DNA from: Phoronis australis | Lineage: Eukaryota; Animalia; Phoronida | Length of the DNA stretch: 64,000 bases | Direction: 5' to 3' | Assembly (NCBI GenBank): GCA_002633005.1 | Contig: NMRA01000001.1 | Span: forward strand, 3,886,102 to 3,950,101 | Shown here: positions 51,671 to 64,000 of the stretch, in pieces | Layout of the letters: each line of letters opens with the position of its first letter | How positions within the stretch are numbered: position 1 is the first letter of the stretch | Position numbers and translations under genes: made by a program | Notes under the pieces: generated by a model | What the model saw: only the letters and a program-made list of their open reading frames with translations | Told to the model about the DNA's origin: nothing | Database searches by the model: none

Positions 51671-51752
51671 TTTTGTTGTTAGTGGTGATGAACGAAATTT
51701 GCAAGATCACGCGATTTTTCACGAGATATCTCGGCATTAACATCACGTGACC
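51661..51752 (-). promoter_or_regulatory. DPY30 start and proximal promoter
   Basis: YY1-like AAAATGGCGG overlaps the ATG; E-box TCACGTGAC near 51743-51751; locally CpG-rich. Function inferred. Confidence 0.45.
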
Positions 51753-51922
51753 CATGATCAACCTGAGAACCGCAATAAACTTTGGGACGGCGGGTTTCGG
51801 CTTATGCAGTGCGTGTTAGTGAACTTGGAATACCCAAATTTTATTGCACTACTAAACACGTCATCGGTACCAACCTTTCACTGGCTTTTTCATCCGTTAT
51901 TTGCTATGTTATCTACCAAAAC

Positions 51923-52182
51923 CATGCGCGCACCTAGCATGACAAAAATCAACGCCGACGAGGACTACTGAAAAAAAATAAATAAATAAAAAAACGGGCC
52001 ACTAGGTTCATGCCTACGAATTGTGCATTCCCGCAGAATTCCTGTAGACTTTGTGGACTTTTGTCTCGTTTACTCGGACTTTTTGTTTCGCTGAGGCGAA
52101 CCTTTTTTGCCCAATTCGCCCCTGAGCCCCCCCCGCCCCGGCCCTGGGTGCGCCCAGGCANCCGGCACTGGGTGCGCACAGG
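51923..52182. mobile_element. hAT-like MITE
   Basis: Inverted ends catgcgcgcacctag / ctgggtgcgc(c/a)cagg; related to 57840-57995. The right end is duplicated around an N. Confidence 0.5.
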
Positions 52183-52359
52183 CATGAAAACAATAATCGA
52201 TTAACCATTCACGGATCCCGAAAGCTGAGTGTGGCCATAGATTATAGACTATGGTGTGACACACAAGTTTCAGAACAGCAGAAAATGAGCGATTGTCGGC
52301 CAGTAAACGGCCTAAAGGCAAAAATTTCGATCATACTGAACAACAAGTTTCACTTTTTG

Positions 52360-53090
52360 TGCGATAATAGTCACTCAAAAAATTGGCATCCGAGAAATCT
52401 CTGTTTGTGATCAGCTGAGTGCAAGAACTTTGAGCATTTAGGATATCAACAAACCTGAGTTTGGCCTATTACAATCGCAATGACACAAATTGCTCAACCA
52501 TAAGTAGATTATTTTGATGTTTAAAAATATTTATAATTCTAAAACCCATGAGTGTTACCAAAATGCGAAAAATAACACGGAATACTGGATTGGGTTCTTT
52601 TACAAGGTAAACTGTTCATTTTTAAAAATTTTACTTCACTGGTGTAGGTAAATTCTACGTATAACAGTGGACCTACTTCTCAGAAATCAACAAAACACGT
52701 ATGGCATCTGGGCAACNTGCGATAATGAACAAGTTTTAGTCACTCAAAAAATTGGCATCCGAGAAATCTCTGTTTGTGATTAGCTGAGTGCAAGAACTTT
52801 GAGCATTTAGGATATCAACAAACCTGAGTTTGGCCTATTACAATCGCAATGACACAAATTGCTCAACCATAAGTAGATTATTTTGATGTTTAAAAATATT
52901 TATAATTCTAAAACCCATGAGTGTTACCAAAATGCGAAAAATAACACGGAATACTGGATTGGGTTCTTTTACAACGTAAACTGTTCATTTTTAAAAATTT
53001 TACTTCACTGGTGTAGGTAAATTCTACGTATAACAGTGGACCTACTTCTCAGAAATCAAATTAACAAAACACGTATGGCATCTGGGCAAC
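52360..53090. repeat. ~369-bp near-identical tandem duplication, probably an assembly or haplotype artefact
   Basis: Copies 52360-52716 and 52718-53090 are joined by a single N at 52717 and differ by small indels and SNPs. Confidence 0.85.
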
Positions 53091-53146
53091 AGGTAAACAT
53101 GGCACAAATGAATTATTAGGGAGACAATTGAAAGCAGTAATTGCAT

Positions 53147-53266
53147 ACACACACACACACGCACCCACGGACACACACACACACGCACACACGCACACAC
53201 ACACACACACGCACACACGCGCATCCAGGCACATGCACACGAACCCACACACCTCTCATACACACA
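53147..53266. repeat. imperfect (CA)n microsatellite
   Basis: Seen directly. Confidence 0.95.
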
Positions 53267-53587
53267 CTTAGTTAGCTGAGCAATTATGAGTAAACACACC
53301 TGATTTTAGGGCCTAAACTTTTCATTTAGGGTAAATGCAACCTCTTTCCGTAAAATACTGTAACACGATTTTAACACCCAAAAATGTCTTGTTGAAAAAC
53401 TCCTGGCATATAGTATAATAGGTTCTCGAAAGCGGTTGTACGAGTGGAGCTGAAAAAATACCAGAGGCCAACTACTTCCGGTATCCGCCCAGGGCCACAA
53501 AAAAATAATTGCAGGCGGTCTGATACACGTTGTACCAGACGTGCGCAGGCCTCGTATTTGGGCCCATTGCACTGATCACCTGGAAAT

Positions 53588-53735
53588 ATTTTTATGCTTT
53601 ATTAATATATGGTTAAAACCGAGCTGAGGAGCTAGAAACCTGGTTCAAGGGTTTAGCAGTGTGACCTAGTGGGACTCGAACCCATGACCTGGAGTAATGA
53701 AAGTGGGCACTTATCAACTAGGCCACACTGTCTCC
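53588..53735 (-). mobile_element. tRNA-derived SINE-like element
   Basis: On the minus strand: A-box-like TGGCCTAGTTGATAA (53725-53711), B-box GGGTTCGAGTCCC (53683-53671), non-tRNA body and A-rich tail. No intact cloverleaf. Confidence 0.55.
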
Positions 53736-55404
53736 TCACCCAGGGCCACAGGTCGGTGCTTGAATGACCGGTGTAATTGTCGGGTTTGTCGATTAGTTTT
53801 GCCGAGAAATCGCTGATTGCATGGAGCCGTACCTCACTAGAGTCTCGCTTGATGAACAATAATAACAAAATGAAAATGAAGCAATGAAATTAGGCTTGAT
53901 TTGATAACTACAACTCTTGGTCAAAACTCAATCGAGTAGATAGCCGGAAATTCTCAATGCAAACTTTCGGCTTGCGGCTAGTCTCGAGGTCGCATGCTCT
54001 AATAATGGGTCACGTGCGGATGTTGGCGTTCCAAGGCTAGAGATCTCTATTATTATTATGCTTTTATTTAGTATAGTAGCTTTAGAGAGAAACTTCTCGC
54101 AAGAAAGTGTTTGCTAAATTCATAAAAATGTGTTGCTACTTCAAAAGCGGGAAAGGAGGTACCATTCCCAGTTCCCCGGCATTGTTTCGTTTTTGGCCCT
54201 TTTCCCGATTACCGGTGTCAAATTCGTTTCGATCCCAGGCCCAATAAGTCTACTTCATTTTCGAAACACGGCATTTTCGCCCACTTTTTTGTAATCACAA
54301 CGGCCATAAAAAGGACCCGATGACGATTCCCGAAAAAACTTTTCCCCTCATTAACGATCTCAGGTTATGCTTCAGTTGTTGTCTTTGGTGCTTTAGACAT
54401 ATTCTAACAAACCCTTCAACATTTGTTAAGCTTGGTGATGTAGTTGTAAGGCAAATCGGGGATGAAGGTAAAGCTATGCACACGAATATCGTAGTGATTT
54501 CACAAAAAGGAAGACCTATTCACCATACTAGCAGCACACTTGGGAAAATAATGTCACATCTCATTTGAGATGGTTCAGTCGCGCAAACGTTTCTCGAACC
54601 TTTTGAAGCCCTCCAAAGTCACCATGTACATGTAAAAGGATAAGCTGAACTGCTGTTGATGGTCTCAATTTATATGAATTACCATGTTAATGGTGCAATG
54701 ACGTGTAGACTGATTCGTTAAATGCACATGTGCGCAAATGTAAAAATTCTACATGCAACTCTGGGGTAGAAGTTATCATGAGCAGAAAGAGAATTTAAAG
54801 TAACCGACTGGTCATTATGTTCCAACAAAAAGTTTTGCTGGTGGTGTGACTCATACCCAGATGTGCACAAATATGGTTTCACGAAACTTATGAGCCAAGT
54901 TCATGTGACGAAATCGAAAAGGGTTTTTAATTATCTTAAGAATAACTCCAGGGACATGTTAAGTGCTAGAAACTTACCAGGATGCATGGAAATTTCACTG
55001 TTTGGCTACAAAAAACAAAAAATTGTCTTACATGGGAGGGGGTAAACCTCCCCCGCAGCGCCACGCGCCTCGGATTCGACCTTTGCGGAAATCCGCCCCC
55101 CCCCCCTTACTGAAAACGTAGATCCGCCACTGCGGTACTAACGATATTTGTACACATCGGATCGATATCAGCATCTGTCCACACACACCAATTTTTAGTA
55201 TAAGAAAAGTCATATATGAAAAAGTGTAGTATGTATACAAGGGTTTAGACAACTACCAAATGTTGAAGAGCATTAAGGATCACCAATGGCCACGTAAAAA
55301 ACTTGCACTTGAATGTCAGATGATCGCGTGACAGCAGTTTCAGCTGTTTAAGAACGATGACCGACATTGTTATGCCAGGAAATAAACAAATTACGAGAAA
55401 AATG

Positions 55405-55555
55405 CCGTGCTGTAGTGGGGCGTAGGCGCACGTAGGCGCAGCCAACCGCCTTTTGGCATTTGAACGTAGGCACCGTAAGTTACATTCAGTGCTCGAAAGG
55501 TGATGCGGTGGACTTTGGGCGCCTACTTACCTCTAATTTTACCACTACAGCACTG
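55405..55555. mobile_element. 151-bp hAT-type MITE
   Basis: TIRs ccgtgctgtagtgg / ccactacagcactg (13/14), 8-bp TSD gaaaaatg / gaaaaata, subterminal gtaggcgc repeats. Confidence 0.75.
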
Positions 55556-57839
55556 GAAAAATAACGAACGATCATGGTGATCTCAGCGCATAGTCTATTT
55601 TTTAAAAAGGCGACAATAAACACTTAAATATCACTTCATTAAGCTGAATGATGTTGGCTGTTGGACTACCGTATGTAAATGTCAAATGTATCTAGAAACA
55701 AATCACCTGAAAACATTTTCACGGAACCAAAACATACTGTACACCGTGGTGAAAAGATACACAAAACCAGTTCGCCGAGGGACCAGATGTACACTGAGAG
55801 TTGATATCTACACAAATAAGCTGGCCTGGTCCGTCGTGAAACAAAAACATACACTATGCTAAATACAAAAATAGTCGATCTGTCGCGAGACCAAACGTAC
55901 TGAGTGAGGTAAACAATTTTACAAGCACACCGTGGTAAACAGATCTGCAAATTAGCAAATCCGTCGTGGGCCAAAATAAAAAAGTAGATCTTCAAAAAGC
56001 ACAGCACTCGTCCGCACGACTCCAGTAACCACGCGTATGATAATGAGCTGTTCCCATACACACTACAATGGAAGACAAAAACCATTGAACAATAGATTGA
56101 AAACTGCTCCCTAGACACTTTTTGATCCCCAGCGGTTGCTCATACATGCATTTTATGCATCTTGCTGTTGCTCATTGACAAAACTTTGCGCACATACAGG
56201 CTACATGAGATTTCCGCAGATAAGCCCATGGGCGTGTATTCGGATAATTATATTTTCAGGCGTTTCAATAACTCCAAATAAACGCCCAGACATTTATTCG
56301 GATGGGGGAGGGGGGGGGGGNNNNNAACAGAAAGCTGCTATGAAAATATCGGTATTTTTTGCATAAAACTGTGTTTTTATTTTCAAGCTACAAATACCAT
56401 GTTCGCCAAGACCGTATTTTTTGTTAACAAATGACATATGCTCCACAAAACTGAATTTGCGACTACAAGTTGACACTGAATTTTAAGATGAAATTTTCGG
56501 AATAAATGTCCCAATGTCTGAACACTTGAAACCCGAAGTTGTAACACCAAATAAACGCCCTGGATATGGGCATTTTATTGGGTGGGGCTTTCTGCGGAAA
56601 TTCCCGACAGTGATGCATATTGCGGGTAGGAAGGCGATCAGTGCTGAGGTAGGAACCAGGTCTCCTTTTGCGGTGCTGAAACGGATATTTAAGAGGCCTA
56701 TTGAACACTGCGTGAGTTCCGCAAGACTTGCTGAGAAGTACCCGCAATATCTGGTACTGTACACTGTTCGCGAATGCGGTCACCGAGAGTGCCCCCCTCA
56801 GGTTCATTCCTTGTATAGGCCTAACTTTCTGGGGTGTATCTTGAAACGGACTCGCAACCAACCATAGCGCCCGCCCGGCACAACGGCCCTTACAAGGGTA
56901 AACAATTCTTCGGAAAACGAGTGTTCATTTAAAATAAACACATTACATGTACACTGTGTGTTTATTGCGCAAAACAACTGTATTGTACACCACTCAAATT
57001 CAAGTTACAAACGTGTGGAGTGTAATAGCATGACAAGGCATGACAGATGAGGTAAAAACGTAGCACCTCCATTCAGCTGAATATCAGGGTTGTGGTACCC
57101 GACCACAGTATTTCTCCTAATCATATCAAAACAAATCTTAGAGTAACGACGCTAGTTACCTAAACAAATCAGCTATAGGTCTTTGCTTTTTTCGTGGTGG
57201 ATCCATCTAAAGTGCTTGGTCACTTCAGAAGTGTAGACGGCAGCTTGCTTTTCGTGATTACAACAAATCACAATGCAAAGAAAAATTATATTTTTCAGGA
57301 TGAACCCCCCACTCTCAATTATTTCGAGGTGGTTTATTTGGGGTTTACCCACGCTTGCGGTGCCTTTTTCTGCTGGCGACGTTTTTTTGTAAATGTTTAT
57401 TTGTTGATCCTGTTCCCGCCGAGGAGGGAGATTGAGCCCCCTGAACCCCCCCCGTAGATCCGCCACTGGTCAATCATCTTCAAGAAGGGTACGAAATCTT
57501 CTGATTCTTGATTCTAAAGCGAGACAGTGGTTGATACGCGGCCCTTGGCCTTGCTTCCTTCCCGGCTTACGTCTACTAAAGGTACCGAAACTACACGATT
57601 AACAGACTGTAAAACACAGTGTCGGACGCAAAAACACGACTCATGTACCTGCAAACACCCAGCGTTCACTGACTCAAATACACGGGATCGAGCTCAAAAC
57701 ACAAGTCATTCGCCCCCCCCCCCCCAAAAAAAAACGGTCACGGACTCGCATTCACTTAGAAACACGATACACGGACCGCCAAACACAGTTCACTCCGATG
57801 AAGTTTAATTTACTATTTTCACATTGTACCATAGGCTAT

Positions 57840-57995
57840 TGCGCGCACCCAGCCTAAGGACTGGGTGTAGGGATCTCGAATTTTTGGGTTTGTAGACCTT
57901 ATTACTAAAATAAAAGAAAAACAAACAAACGGGGTTTGTTCAAGGCATATGCATTGTGCATTCATTCACCCCTCGAGCCCCCCTGGGTGCGCGCA
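57840..57995. mobile_element. MITE with perfect 13-bp inverted repeat
   Basis: tgcgcgcacccag (57840-57852) and ctgggtgcgcgca (57983-57995). Confidence 0.6.
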
Positions 57996-59080
57996 TATGC
58001 TAGTCAGCAATTCGCACCCTGAACCGGACTCTGGGAGAATTCTAGGGTGGGGCATGGCCCCTTTGCCCCTTCAAATCCGCCACTGCAACGTATATCACCA
58101 GTTAGAGAACGGGGCCTCACCACTGCTGACGGCTAAGTTAATTCAGATGATCGAGCTGATTCACAGTGCCGCCGGACTACGATGCTATGCCAGCAATGGG
58201 TCCGGGTCCCGGGTTGACGACGTTCCGCAGTTGTACAGTGCCGGGGTAGAAACCAAATAAAACTGAAACGCCGCGGTAGGCCTACCATCACCCACACGGG
58301 CTTGCGGGTCCGCGGCACCTCTCATATGCGCGATCGGGCACTAAAATTTAGTGTATGGAAGGTCTAAAGTGAACCCATAAGGCTTGCTGCCGAGGGGTGG
58401 CCGTCAGCCGCGCGTTGATGCACCGGCACCGCTCGATCCGCCCGGCGCGGGCCGGTCCTAGCAGCGCATGCCTTGTAGACGAGCCACGGGGGCTACGTCC
58501 CCCTAAAATTCTCCCGGACTCCATTTGACAATTCGGGGGTGCGAATGTCTGACGGACAAATCCTAAATACTCTGCCCTCCCCTAAACTCAAAATCCTGGA
58601 TCCGCCCCTGGTCCCCTCCCCCCCCCCCCCCCCCCCCCCCCCNGGCCCGGCGCGCGGCGGAGACGGCAGTCAAATGTATTGAAATGCTGTTTCATATTAT
58701 AGATTTGTCCAACTTTCATTAACTTACGTCAAAAGTGCATAGAAAATTGATTTCTAGTGGCTTGAAGCGTATCAGTGACGCCAGTGCAGCTAATCTTATG
58801 CTCGCCGGTCTCGTGACACTGACCGGGCAGCCTCCGCCAAATATCATTCAACTAAAGGGGTCGCTGTTCAACAAGCGCCATCATACGGTAAACATAGAAG
58901 CCTGAGTTAGAAATCGCGCTTTTTCAAGTAGGAGTTTTAAGTAATCTCTTAATTTCAAGATGAGTTGCAAGTGTTCCTTTGCGTTATTATTTACTTGAGA
59001 ACTCTTCAACTGAAGTGTTATATCTGAAGTTTCGATGTAATTTAAAAAAATCGTCCTGGTCGTGCATCGTAAAATCCAAG

Positions 59081-63856
<4,776 letters not shown>

Positions 63857-64000
63857 GTTGGTTGGATTTCTGTGCTGCCAACTCTTGCCTGCACTGAGCC
63901 TCCATGTTTAGAGTCTCTCATTCGCCAAATGGAAGTTTTTTAATAGTTTTCTATAACTGGAAGTGCCAAACTTTAATTGCGTTATTGTAGCCACGCCGAG

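Noticed and set aside
52360-53090. Recent tandem duplication upstream of DPY30 as a biological event
   Set aside because: The copies meet at a single N and differ like alleles, so an unmerged haplotype overlap is most likely. The same pattern occurs at N 52161.
53660-53735. tRNA gene
   Set aside because: A and B boxes are present, but acceptor and anticodon stems do not form. Treated as SINE-like.
55666-56867. Overlapping 117-150 aa ORFs as a gene or transposase
   Set aside because: No recognisable domain or splice structure; they lie among transposon remnants.
58979-59080. N-terminal extension of the ZNF839-like ORF
   Set aside because: Begins at a TTG. The ATG at 59081 has a strong Kozak and YY1-like context.

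Overview
AT-rich eukaryotic genomic DNA, probably from an invertebrate metazoan (species not determinable), with GT-AG spliced genes. Most ORFs in the track are spurious or are single exons. Four genes were reconstructed by hand with phase-consistent splice junctions. (1) A minus-strand ZNF541/TRERF1-family C2H2 zinc-finger gene, ATG 23280, running off the left edge. (2) A complete 12-exon plus-strand atlastin, 31742-43480, 540 aa. (3) A complete 4-exon minus-strand DPY30, 51670-48488, 106 aa. (4) A plus-strand ZNF839-like gene, ATG 59081, running off the right edge. Introns and intergenic DNA hold DINE-1/HINE-like repeats, Tc1/mariner-type and hAT-type MITEs, a foldback element, a tRNA-derived SINE-like sequence, an 83-bp minisatellite and a 741-N gap. 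The three most notable observations are all hypotheses. First, a candidate alternative first exon of atlastin (30242-30308) encodes a syntaxin-N-peptide-like motif (RDRLPQL). Second, a Helentron-like repeat family is built from ~145-160 bp units that each carry a CTCF-consensus-like motif, and it occurs as two convergently oriented arrays. Third, each unit of an intronic minisatellite contains an acceptor, a stop-containing mini-exon and a donor.
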